A stretch of DNA of 64,000 bases, from contig OZ286472.1 in assembly GCA_965644265.1 (NCBI GenBank), positions 39,556,001-39,620,000 on the forward strand, written 5' to 3'. Position 1 is the first letter of the stretch; each line of letters starts with the position of its first letter. Shown in pieces: positions 1 through 10,365 of the stretch. This DNA is from Glycera tridactyla. Lineage: Eukaryota. The notes below the pieces were generated by a model. That model had not been told where the DNA came from and made no database searches. It saw nothing but the letters and a program-made list of their open reading frames with translations. A program made the position numbers and the translations under genes.

Positions 1-223
1 GTTTCTATGTGCGCCATGAGTTGCAGGTCAATGAGATCTAAATGTTCCGTTCCCTGCAGGCATCACTTACACAAACCCTGAGTACAAGTGGTATACAGTA
101 CATACAATTGGATATACATGAGCTGTAGAGGTGGTTCTTAATAGATGCAGAGCAGAATCGGATGATCTATTACTTATAGTTGTGTAAGCGAGTATGGTTG
201 GGCACACTCAATCAATGGACAAT

Positions 224-1490
224 CAGCCCAATAGAATTCATGTAATACCAGACATGCCTGATGCACATATTCACAGCCCAATAGAATTCATGTACAGTCG
301 AACCTCCCTATAACGACCACCCTCGGTCGCACGTCAGAGTGGTCGTTATTGGGAGGTGGTCGCTATAGAGAAGTTCTGATGAAAAATACGTTGTGTTCCG
401 TCTCTACACGCTACGGTGGCGGCCATTACTGTAAACATCACAAAGAACCAAGATACCCGGATGTATGAACGAAACTCGCAATTTTTTGAACAAGAAGACA
501 ATTTTAGTGGTTCTAGAAGGTCATCTTTCGATCTGCAAAGATGATTTGAAGAAATATGAAGAACTTTCGTTTGGAATTGAAAAAGGTAACGATTTGAGAG
601 CGGCGAGCAAGTGAGCAGATCTGAGCACATGTCACGGTCTCGAGTTTGGCCGGGCGGTCTCTGGAGGAGGGAGACCGGCCGCTGCTAGCTAGTAGGCGGG
701 GGAAGTGAGTTTATCTGAGCGGCGAGCAAGCGGAATCTGAGCACATTTCACGGTCTCGAGTTTGGCCGGGCGACAGTGAGTGGTCGTTATCAGGAGGTCC
801 GCGAACCAAACATGGCGGTCGCTGGACGGAGGCTGGAGGTGGTCGCTATATGGAAGACAATTATAGTGAAAAATACGTCGGTTGCGGTCATAGGCGGTCG
901 TTATGAGGAGGTGGTCGCCCTCTGGAGGTGGTCGTTAGAGGAGGTTTGACTGTAATGCCAGACATGCCTGATGCACATATTCACCTCACACTCAGCCCAA
1001 TAGAATTCATGTAATACCAGACATGCCTGATGCACATATTCACCTCACACTCAGCCCAATAGAATTGATGTAATACCAGACATGCCTGATGCACACATTC
1101 ACAGCCCAACAGAATTCATGTAATGCCAGACATGCCTGATGCACATATTCACCTCACACTCAGCCCAATAGAATTGATGTAATACCAGACATGCCTGATG
1201 CACATATTCACAGCCCAACAGAATTCATGTAATGCCAGACATGCCTGATGCACATATTCACCTCACACTCAGCCCAATAGAATTCATGTAATACCAGACA
1301 TGCCTGATGCACACATTCACAGCCCAACAGAATTCATGTAATGCCAGACATGCCTGATGCACATATTCACCTCACACTCAGCCCAATAGAATTGATGTAA
1401 TACCAGACATGCCTGATGCACATATTCACAGCCCAACAGAATTCATGTAATACCAGACATGCCTGATGCACATATTCACCTCACACACAG
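224..1490 (+). repeat. Minisatellite of alternating 50-bp and 59-bp units, interrupted by a MITE at 295-952
   Basis: Unit CAGCCCAATAGAATTCATGTAATACCAGACATGCCTGATGCACATATTCA (50 bp), with or without CCTCACACT (59 bp); about 10 copies at 953-1490 and 1.5 copies at 224-294. Confidence 0.95.
295..952. mobile_element. Non-autonomous Tc1/mariner-superfamily (pogo/Tigger-like) MITE, 658 bp, TA TSD
   Basis: TIRs CAGTCGAACCTCC...GGAGGTTTGACTG, TA on both sides (293-294, 953-954), many internal GAGGTGGTCG motifs. The empty site GAATTCATGTAATGCCAGAC is present in neighbouring minisatellite units. Confidence 0.92.
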
Positions 1491-2974
1491 CTTACCACAT
1501 ATACAGTAGCTTCATACCATCTTACACAGCTCTATGTCGCCTTTTTCTTCAGCTGTATTTTGGGCAGGTGAATGGGGATTTTCACCTGCCCTTCACAGCA
1601 TTCATACCTGCTCTCCTGCATATAATTGTAGACTGAATAACAATCATGCACCAGCACATTGGGAAGGCAGACTGACAAAATTACCTGCTCTAACAGATAG
1701 TGTCGGAATCATCCCTTGTCTCAGAATCGATTAAATGGTCAGCATTTTAAATCAATTAATTCGATCAAATAAGTTTCGCTTGGATGATACCATGCTGATA
1801 TGAAATTCATGGACACTCTGAAAGAGAGTTCATGATCAATGGAAAGTCTGGTTAAGTCAATAGCTGCAGCAGTAGGAGTGGCAGAAACAGGACTAGAAAC
1901 ACCGATTAGGAAACACCTGCACTTGTCTGATGACATCAACAGCACTGCTACCCACCCAACCACCACCCTGACCATCCACCGATTATTACCACCATCCACC
2001 AATACCCATACCACGCCACCACCACTATACCCAAGGAGAAGGCACAAGCTCAGCTGTTAGAAGTTACAAAATGAGAATGAAAGATAGACAAATAAATCTT
2101 GAAGAAAGATGTCCTGGACTTGATTATTCTAGGAAGAATACATTTAATGATCCCCTAGATCCAGGGACTTTCTGTATTTTCCTATAGGCTAACTCCTAAT
2201 GGTAACTTACATACTCTTCTCCTACCAATTTGACATTCATTGCATAACAATCACTATTATCCATGTCTTGAGGACCACATCTTCTTAGATTGTGGTTCAT
2301 CAGATCAGTGAATCTTGGTGAAATGGTGTTAAATTACTTCATTATTCCTTCCATGAAACTTCGACCAAGTTTAGATCAATGATAAGTGTCAAGCATCAAA
2401 ATCAGGAAAGTTGGTGTGCAGACTTAGCAGCTGTCTGATAGTGAAGAGATCTCCATCCACAGGCTGAGACCTCCAAAATGACTGTCCGTTCTTACCACAA
2501 TACGCTATGAGTCATCTAATAGCACTCTGGCACAAGACCATGCAAATTTCTCACCTGAAACAGAGAAAGATGCATCACATGATACAGATGAAAATATTGA
2601 ATTACACTAAGTCATCCAATCCAGTGCATGTCAACTGGGATATCAAATGCTGGCCATGTGTATGCACATGGAAGAACTATGCTATCCATTGTACTGGCAG
2701 AGGTGCTTCTTTCCTTCAGCATTCTCAGTTTGATATGACTTAAGGCGGTTGGATGGACATTGAAACCTAACAAACAAATCCATAGTCTAAAACATATTAT
2801 CACATGGATATGTCATTTTCAGTGAAGTAACAGGTGTTGAGTAATGCGTATGTTACTTAACAGTTGGCTGGGGAACTTCTTTTTCTGGCACTGCCTTCTT
2901 GTGATTTTGACAGGCATTTTTTTTCTCAACAATTGCTCACTTAAATGTGTTTACTCGCAATAAAGACACGGAAA

Positions 2975-3148
2975 ATGCCTTTTTTTCGCTCTTTTGGGAT
3001 ATTTCGTGGCCAGGTACAGGTAAGTACATGTGCACTGGTCCCCTGTCACTGGCCATCCAGAAAGTAACATTGCAGATGAACTTGACGACCATGAACGAAG
3101 TTTTTCGCATAAATCTCAGCCCTTCGTTCATGCGACTCTTCTCTCTAG
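2975..3148 (+). CDS. Possible first two coding exons (2975-3019, 3076-3148) of the Crypton gene
   Basis: ATG at 2975; GTAAGT donors at 3020 and 3149; TTGCAG acceptor at 3075. Phases 0 then 1 join in frame to the 4109 exon (MPFFRSFGIFRGQVQ|MNLTTMNEVFRINLSPSFMRLFSL). No recognisable protein motif. Confidence 0.3.
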
Positions 3149-3236
3149 GTAAGTGTCATGCTATCGCATGAAAGATCATTTTGAAGTGTTTTATGACTTT
3201 TTCGCTATCATTCTTTGTGAATGAATGCCAATGATA

Positions 3237-3715
3237 GCGTGCGCTCACGCATTCGTTCTTTTAGCCTGCCGCTGTCAATTAGACATAAAGTCTAGCCTGG
3301 ACTATAAGTAGTCCCCGGCCCGCGCTCTTTGCGAAGCCTCCCGAGTGCCGGAATTGCATGTTTAGCCAACGTATCCTTCTATATAGAAGCAAATAGACGG
3401 AAATAAAATCAATTTGGCGATTTACAACTGCTATTTGATGATTTGACGTGTGTACATGCATGCGCTCACGCGTCCGGCAGTGTCAGGAGTGTGCGCTCAC
3501 GTGTTTGGTCACCCTAGACATGGAATAGTCCCCGGTTCCCGGTGCCTGCAAAGCCAAACTGACGCATTATTTGCATGTTTAAGCAGAGTACCTTCGCATA
3601 TAGAAGCAAATAGACGGAAATAAATCGCAATAGACCTTTTAGTAGTGTTTTGGGAAGAATCCATGCGTTCTGCATTTGCGCGCGTGTGCTCGCGCGTCCG
3701 CCGGTGCCTGTCAAA
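3237..3715 (+). repeat. Diverged ~230-250-bp direct dimer
   Basis: GTGCGCTCACG...TAGTCCCCGG...TTGCATGTTTA...TATAGAAGCAAATAGACGGAAATAAA occurs twice (about 3240-3410 and 3490-3625). Confidence 0.75.
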
Positions 3716-3720
3716 TCCAA

Positions 3721-3929
3721 GTGTGTATGTGTGTGTGTGTGTGTGTGGGGGGGGGGGGGGAGAGTTTTCTTCTCTCTCTCTCTCTGCTTGTCTCTCTGCC
3801 TGTCTATCTCTCTCTCTGCCTGTCTATCTCTCTCTGACTGTCTATCTCTCTCTTTGTCTCTCTCTCTCCTCTCTCTGTCTCTCTCTCTCTCCTCTCTCTG
3901 TCTCTCTTTCCTCTCTCTGTCTCTCTCTG
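3721..3929. repeat. Compound microsatellite (GT)n - G run - (CT/CTGT)n
   Basis: Seen directly; it explains the spurious low-complexity ORFs at 3514-4013. Confidence 0.95.
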
Positions 3930-4108
3930 CCATTTTACTTGAAATATCAGGTGTTGAGTTATGCGTGCATTACTTCACAGATAAGTGAGAACAAATATGT
4001 GAAGATATGGTAGCCAGGAGGTAATTTTGGTAGCCACTGGCTTAATATTGGTAGCAATTGGCTAAAAAAAGAAACACTGAACTGAATCATGTATCCCTTC
4101 TTTTGCAG

Positions 4109-4201
4109 ATGATGATCTGGATGAATTTGATGGCGTTCTCGATGCATTAATAGAAGATGATGAGGCAAGAGAAAAAAACAGCAGCCTGCCTAAAGAGAAC
4201 G
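4109..4201 (+). CDS. Phase-1/phase-1 coding exon upstream of the Crypton ORF (acidic, DDDLDEFDGVLDALIEDDEAREKNSSLPKEN)
   Basis: Acceptor CCCTTCTTTTGCAG|, donor |GTAAGC at 4202, open frame, phase compatible with the next exon. Confidence 0.6.
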
Positions 4202-4477
4202 GTAAGCATGAATTGGATGGTTAAGCCTAAAAGAAATGGCCATGAAGGAAAATCACAATACCAAACAATGTATCATTCTGTAGAGAGACTAAATGCCCGT
4301 TAAGTAATAGCGCAATACTCAACACATGATATTTCACTGAAAATGACACATCAATGTGATAAACCACATCCTGGCAAGCTGTGAAGTATTACACGCAATA
4401 CTCAACACCTGACCAATTCACCTGAAAATTCTTCATAAATGCGAAACAAAGCCTGAAAAAATGCTTTCTTTTCACAG

Positions 4478-4594
4478 GTGGTGCACCAGTGACGAAAAAA
4501 CCCAGGTTACAACCAGAAATGCGACCAAATACATCAGCAGCATCAAATCCACCTGGCCAGCCTACAGAAACTGTTGACGTACAAGAAGCGATCG
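4478..4594 (+). CDS. Phase-1/phase-1 coding exon (GAPVTKKPRLQPEMRPNTSAASNPPGQPTETVDVQEAI), KKPR NLS-like
   Basis: Acceptor CTTTCTTTTCACAG|, donor |GTGAGC at 4595; splices in frame to TTCTTTTCTTTCCAG|4889. Confidence 0.62.
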
Positions 4595-5291
4595 GTGAGC
4601 ATTTCACTGAAAATGGCACATCCATGTGATAATAGCTAACTGTTAAGTAACACAGGCATTACTCCGGATACTTAAATGAAAATTGTCGTAACTGAAAAGA
4701 AGAATTGGATGCAGGCTCATACTCATTTTCTTCTTGTTATCCTTCTTGAGGTCAAATCTTGTTGGAAAGTGGACATCCTCAGCTGTGAAGTATCACACGC
4801 ATTACTCAACACCTGGAACTTCATTGAAAATAACACGAAATGCGCATGCCTATAGCAATGACTTAAAAAATTATTCTTTTCTTTCCAGTGGGTGATCCGG
4901 ACATACAGACACCCAGAAATCTACCACAGACATGCTCAGAGGCCCCATCGGAATTGAATCTAGATGACCTCCGTACAGAGACCACTGGACACATTCGAAG
5001 AGCGCTCAGCGCCAGCACGAGGCGCAGAATTGATGCCAGCGTGGAAAAATTCCAGCATTTCGTCGCACAAAGAGGGGATAAGAGGCCCCTACAGGACATC
5101 CCAATTGAGATGTTGGATCACCTCCTTGGCCTCTTTCTGATTGACCTGAGGAAGGTGGAAAATGATGAGTACAAACCAGCATCCATAAGATCGTACAGAA
5201 GCTGCATAAGGAAATATCTTGCGGAAACAATCCCGAACGTGGATGCAGAGAAGGACTTGAGCAATGCAGAGAAATGCCAGTACGCTAAATT

Positions 5292-5569
5292 CAGGGATGT
5301 GATTGGTTCACAACCAAAAACACTGAAAACCTGACCGGGAGCACTTCTACCAAGATTTTGTTGGTCAACAAATCCAAGCAACTAGTGACTGAAGGCTAAT
5401 AGAACTTCATACAAACATTGTGCTCCATCTCCACTAATAATGGTCCGATTTTCATGATCTAAAAACCAAAATAATCAGCAAAGATCGCCCTTTGTTGCCA
5501 TGGGTATGTCTTGCTGATTCTCAGCAAAAACACGGAAATCCGCGGATCCGCGGAAGAATCACACCCCTG
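5292..5569. mobile_element. 278-bp TIR MITE with CAGGG ends and 6-bp TSD (hAT-like), inserted in the Crypton ORF
   Basis: CAGGGATGTGATT...AATCACACCCCTG (12/13 inverted match); TAAATT at 5286-5291 and 5570-5575. Excision restores the frame: EKCQYAK-LKELKSKGKGN. Confidence 0.9.
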
Positions 5570-5913
5570 TAAATTGAAAGAACTTAAGTCAAAGGGTAAA
5601 GGCAACATACCCAATAAAGCGCAAGAGCTCAGCCCAGAAAACGAAGAGCAACTGTGGGATTCAGGGGCATTGGGGGACGGATCCGCAGAGGTCCTGGTGA
5701 ATACCATCTGGTACTTAACGACAAAACTTATGGAATTCAGGGGCCAGCATGAAAGTAGACAGTTATGTATACAAGATTTGACACTGATTGATGGTGATGT
5801 GCAGGGGGGAAGTTCCATGAGAGACTCACTAAAACCAGAAATGGCAACACCAACATGCCCAGGGAGTTTGCCCCCAAAATGTTTGAAAATGTTGAGAACC
5901 CAGCACGATGCCC

Positions 5914-6519
5914 AAGTTGCCGGCCGGTGTGACAACTAGAATGCTAGACTGCGTGTCAAACGCATGGCTTCCTCAAATTCACACGTCACCTTTACCAGTG
6001 AAAATACCATAGAAATATCGAACTCACAGTGAAAACGATAACACGATTAAATCCGCGGATATCCATTTGTATATAATCCATGTATAAATCCTGAGAATCC
6101 ATTGAATATTCGCCAGAAACCGTGCAGATGTCAAGAGAGCAGCTTCATCTCTGTGCGCCGCCATCTTGGATCTAACCTCCTTGTTGGCTTTCGTTTGCCG
6201 GGAAATTCCTACATCTGTGGTTCTCAGTCACATGACCTAAACGTTCTATCTTAAGAACGTATACATGGGGGAAGCCCTGGCTCTCCTCTTCACAATTGTG
6301 TTTCGTTTATATCAATACTCATAGTGAAAGCCCTCCAAATAAATTCTGAAGTATGTCAACTCATTTTTTCGCGATATTTTGGGCTAGAGGCGTAAATTGG
6401 CGTCCCATGCGCACGTTGACAGGCGTAAATCGGCGTCCTATGCACCAGGAGACTATGCATAAATCGGCGTCCCATGCGTACGCGGGGTAGGCGTAAATTG
6501 GCGCGTATGCAGTAAAGGG
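5914..6519 (+). mobile_element. One-ended piggyBac-like non-autonomous fragment in the Crypton ORF
   Basis: Ends TATGCAGTAAAGGG|TTAA (6520-6523), with four subterminal GGCGTAAATYGGCG(TCCYATGC)-type repeats (two imperfect). Internal sequence matches 48190-48560 in reverse complement and 23620-24020. The Crypton frame reads RCP before and VKLYILHRP after. Confidence 0.8.
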
Positions 6520-7622
6520 TTAAATTGTATATATTGCATCGGCCAGCTGACTGTAAGACAGAGGCATTTTTTCTTGGAGTGAACAGTAATGTGAAAGCGA
6601 AACGCTGGTACTTGGATAGTCCCATGGGTGAGAATAGAATAGGACACATGATGGGGCGGATATCAAAAATTGGTAAATTGACAGGGAGGTTCACAAACCA
6701 CAGTGTACGTCGCACAATGTGCACACAATTGTTCCGGGAAGGATATTCCCCCATTCTTATAGCCCAACTTTCTGGGAATAAGAATGTTAGCAGTTTGGCT
6801 AGATATACTACTGCATCAAAAAATCAACAGCTCCAAATGTGTCGGTCCCTCCAAAGTCCGAAATCCAACACAACGATTATGCCGAATACATGGAATGCAC
6901 CCCAAATTGCAGAGACTGATGAAACCCCAAACAAACAGATGACGGTATGCAACGCAACTACCTCAAACCAGCTGGTCCCACCATCACAGGTGAACAAGAT
7001 GATTGCGGTCTCAACACAAGAGGTCCGCGGCATGTTCGCTGGCGCAGTGTTCAATGGTCCAGTAAATATCAACTTTGCATCAGCATCATGAATGACACAT
7101 CTGAAATTAACACTCATGCGTACTCCTGAATGTATCCGCTCACTTCTGTATGATGTTTTAGCAGGTTTCACGTCCATTTCTTGTGAATAAAGCCATGTTT
7201 GTTCCAGCGTACTTCCATGTGTTGTCATTGCGTGTCAACTAGGCATCTAACTAGCTCTAGACTGGACTACTTCACCAGGTCAAAACTGGGCAGATCACTG
7301 CACAACGTGGTGCTTTGCCCGAGAATATAGTTCTGACTTTTGCGCTTCGAATACTACGATTTCTCATTTCTGCCGAAAGTTCCACCATCAACAAAACCTC
7401 GTTGAATTCTATTTTAGTTTCAATGGCATCGCTTTCTAGTCTCTTTCACCTCTGAAAACTTGATTCCAAGGTCAGTGGCAGCTCCGACTTTCGGCGGCTC
7501 ACTGGGACCAGGCAACTTGTATCACTACGCTTTGTTTTCGTTCGTTGCTCGGCAGTAATTTTCAATTCTTCTGGTCTCAAATCCTCCCCAAACACATTTC
7601 ATCATCAAATCCATGTGATAAA

Positions 7623-7765
7623 AGCAAGATGAAATGGCCGTTAAGTAATGACACATTACCAAAGGAGGTGCGAAGTTGCCGAATGTCACTCGGCCGAGTG
7701 ACATTTGGCAAACTTCGCACCTCGTTTGGTAATGCGTTATTACTTAACGGCCATTTCGTCTTGCT
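7623..7765. repeat. 143-bp near-perfect palindrome with no loop
   Basis: Arms AGCAAGATGAAATGGCCGTTAAGTAAT...GTCACTCGG|CCGAGTGAC...ATTACTTAACGGCCATTTCGTCTTGCT. Confidence 0.92.
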
Positions 7766-7838
7766 ATATTAAGTCAGAACAAACTTCAAAAGACTTGTCT
7801 GTAGGTTATTCCATTCTCAACGCATCAGCATCACACAG

Positions 7839-8259
7839 TAGGGCTGGGACGAAACACATTGGTCACGATACGAAACATTTCTAGAAACACACCTCGCGAA
7901 ATGAATGACGAAACGAAATGCCATGCATCCCTCTTTGAGGAGTCTGGTGTGGTCCTCCTGGTTGTGAGTGACATGAGCAAGCCACCCATATTTTGGTGGC
8001 CTTGAAATATTGCCAATTACTATCATATATAAAGACATTTCTAGTAAAAAGTTCATCAAATCTCCATCATTCGGGCTCTACGCAATGTTTTTTTTAAAAC
8101 AAGGTGAATTGTTTGTATTTATTGGCATTTGTGAGTACTCATCGGCCATGTTTCTTTGTATTTCGAAACACTTCGAAACACACCTCCTAGTTTCGAAACG
8201 ATTGTTTCTTTTGCAAACGATCGATATTATCGAAATTTCGGTGAATCGTCCCACCCCTA
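7839..8259. mobile_element. hAT-type MITE, 421 bp, 8-bp TSD
   Basis: TIR TAGGGCTGGGACGA / TCGTCCCACCCCTA; perfect TSD TCACACAG at 7831-7838 and 8260-8267; repeated CGAAAC subterminal motifs. Confidence 0.92.
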
Positions 8260-9265
8260 TCACACAGGCCAGATCATTACTTGAGTACCCCACTTGGATT
8301 TCCAAGATCCCATTTCCCAGACACATATGTGAGTACATTTGCTTTATCTGTTATATGAAATTCCAAGTCTTAAACCATTGACCCTCAGAGGTAATTTCTC
8401 AACGCTGTAAGACACCCCCAGAAAACCAGAGTCCGTCAAACTTCAGCCAGCCACAACTGAGGCCAGTTGTTGAAGCCTCACATAGGCCCTACTTGCTATG
8501 TGAAATTCAAAACTACAAATCAATGTCCTTTAGAGGCAAGTAGACGATGGTATTGTCCAGATTGAGTGGGAATCCCAAACCGAAAACAGTACCGTCTCCG
8601 ACGGAAAAAAACACGAACCAATGTCCTTCATAGGTAAGCCCCCAACACTATATTAGAGCCTCCACAAAACAGAGAGTACCTCGAAGAGCAGCAAGCAATG
8701 ATGGAGGTCAGCTGGAGAAGCTGGAAGGCACAGGTAGCAATCATGGAAAACAAGGTGAAGGGCAGGCCGAAGATGAGGCCTGATTACAGACAGTTATGTG
8801 GATAATAACATGATGGGCAAATCACTCTAATCCATTAGTCCGGCTGTAATCAGGGGATAATCCCTGTTAATACAATCAAACACCAATGCCATCAATGAGC
8901 AGTATAACAGATGGAGTTCACCACATGCATTTCTCGTCATCGGTTTCAGGGTGGGGTGCATGCTAGTGAATGGGCACTGATAATTTTGCCTTTGGTCAAC
9001 AGCAGAACAAATGGAGACCTGCCCTAAATGTTTGCTTGTATATCTAGCCTTCCCTCAAACATATGCCTTGTATACCAAGAAAACTAAAGAATACAATTCT
9101 ACCCTAATCTGCATTTTCACTCGAGACAGGAATTCCGTGAACTATATTACCCTCTTGGAGTATGACAGGAATGACATAAACACATTTGACATCAATACAA
9201 CTGAGTCAATTTAGATGTGAGGTCAGACCTTACTAAGAAACAGCTCAGTTCAATATAAAGATGTA

Positions 9266-10365
9266 CAGTCAAACCTCCCTCTAATGACCACCCTCAGTCG
9301 CACGTCAGAGTGGTCATTATTGGGAGGTGGTCGCTATAGAGAAGTTCTGATGAAAAATACGTTGGTGGCGGCCATTACTGTAAACATCACAAAGAACCAA
9401 GATACCTGGATGTATGAACGAAACTCGCAATTTTTTCAACATAAAGACGATTTTAGAGGTTTTAGAAGGTTATCTTTCGATCTGTCAAGAGGATTTGAAG
9501 AGATATGAAGAACTTTCATTTGAAATTAAGAATAGTAACGATTTGAGAGCAGCGAGCAAGTGAGCTGATCTGAGCACAAATCCCGGGCTCGATACAGACG
9601 ATTGGCGCAGACGAATGTGAGCAGATAGCAGTGTGGCTGAGCTCATTTCACAGTCTCAGGTACGGACAATCCAGGCCGGCCACTGGGCGGTCGTTAGAGG
9701 GGGTTGGCGGCCAGATATGAGCAGATTTCACGGTGTTGACTTTGGCCGTGCGGTCGCTGGAGGAGGGAGACCGGCCGCTGCTAGCTGCTTGGCTGAGCTC
9801 ATTTCACAGTCTCAGGTATGGACAATCCCGGCCGGCTACATGGTTTGGCTGGGCGGTCGCTGGAGGAGGGAGACCGGCCACTGCTTGTTTGTTGACGGGG
9901 AAAGTGAGTTCATCTGAGCGGCGAGCAAGCGGAATCTGAGCAGATTTCACGGTGTCAAGTTTGGTCAGAAGGTCGGTGGAGGAGGGAGACCGGCCGCTGC
10001 TTGTTTGTTGACGGGGAAAGTGAGTTCAACTGAGCAGCGAGCAAGCGGAATCTGAGCAGATTTCACGGTGTCAAGTTTGGTCGGAAGGTCGCTGGAGGAG
10101 AGAGACCGGCCGCTGCTTGTTTGTTGACGGGGGAAGTGAGTTCATCTAAGGGGCGAGCAAGCGGAATCTGAGCAGATTTCACGGTCGTGAGTACGGCCGG
10201 CCAACCGTGAGTGTTCGTCATCGGGAGGTCCGTGAACCAAACATGGCGGTCGCTGGCTGGAGGTTGGAGGTGGTCGCTATATGGAAGACAATTACAGTGA
10301 AAATACGTCGGTCGCAGTCAAAGGTGGTCGTTATAAGGAGGTGGTTGTTATAGGAGGTTTGACTG
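9266..10365. mobile_element. Longer (1100-bp) copy of the 295-952 pogo-like MITE, with an internal tandem expansion
   Basis: TA|CAGTCAAACCTCC...GGAGGTTTGACTG|TA; both ends align to 295-952; about four 103-116-bp internal units. Confidence 0.92.

Larger units (their letters stand above)
4889..7091 (+). pseudogene. Disrupted Crypton-type tyrosine recombinase (DUF3504/KIAA1958-ZMYM-QRICH1-like), main exon
   Basis: N-terminal core-binding-like region (LDHLLGLFLIDLRK..EYKPASIRSY), KGKGN.PN..QEL..E.EQLWDSGALG..LVNTIWYLTTKLMEFRG (catalytic R), FHERLTKTRNG..PKMF..RCP, WY.DSPMGEN..FTNHSVRR (HxxR), SGNK (H replaced by N), SLARY (Y). Disrupted by insertions at 5292-5569 and ~5914-6519 and a frameshift near 5810. 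AATAAA at 7186-7191. Confidence 0.88.
2800..7765 (+). mobile_element. Crypton-type tyrosine-recombinase DNA transposon, inactivated; boundaries inferred
   Basis: YR/DUF3504-like coding segments at 4889-7091; direct repeat GTAATGCGT-(ATG/TA)-TTACTTAAC at 2841-2861 and 7729-7748; repeated ~70-bp motif through the region; terminal palindrome 7623-7765. Coding identity is stronger than the boundary call. Confidence 0.65.

Noticed and set aside
3514-4013. ERDRER / LSLS / CVCV ORFs (also near 21412-21742, 24811-25114, 46295-46612, 61671-62121)
   Set aside because: Translations of microsatellites.
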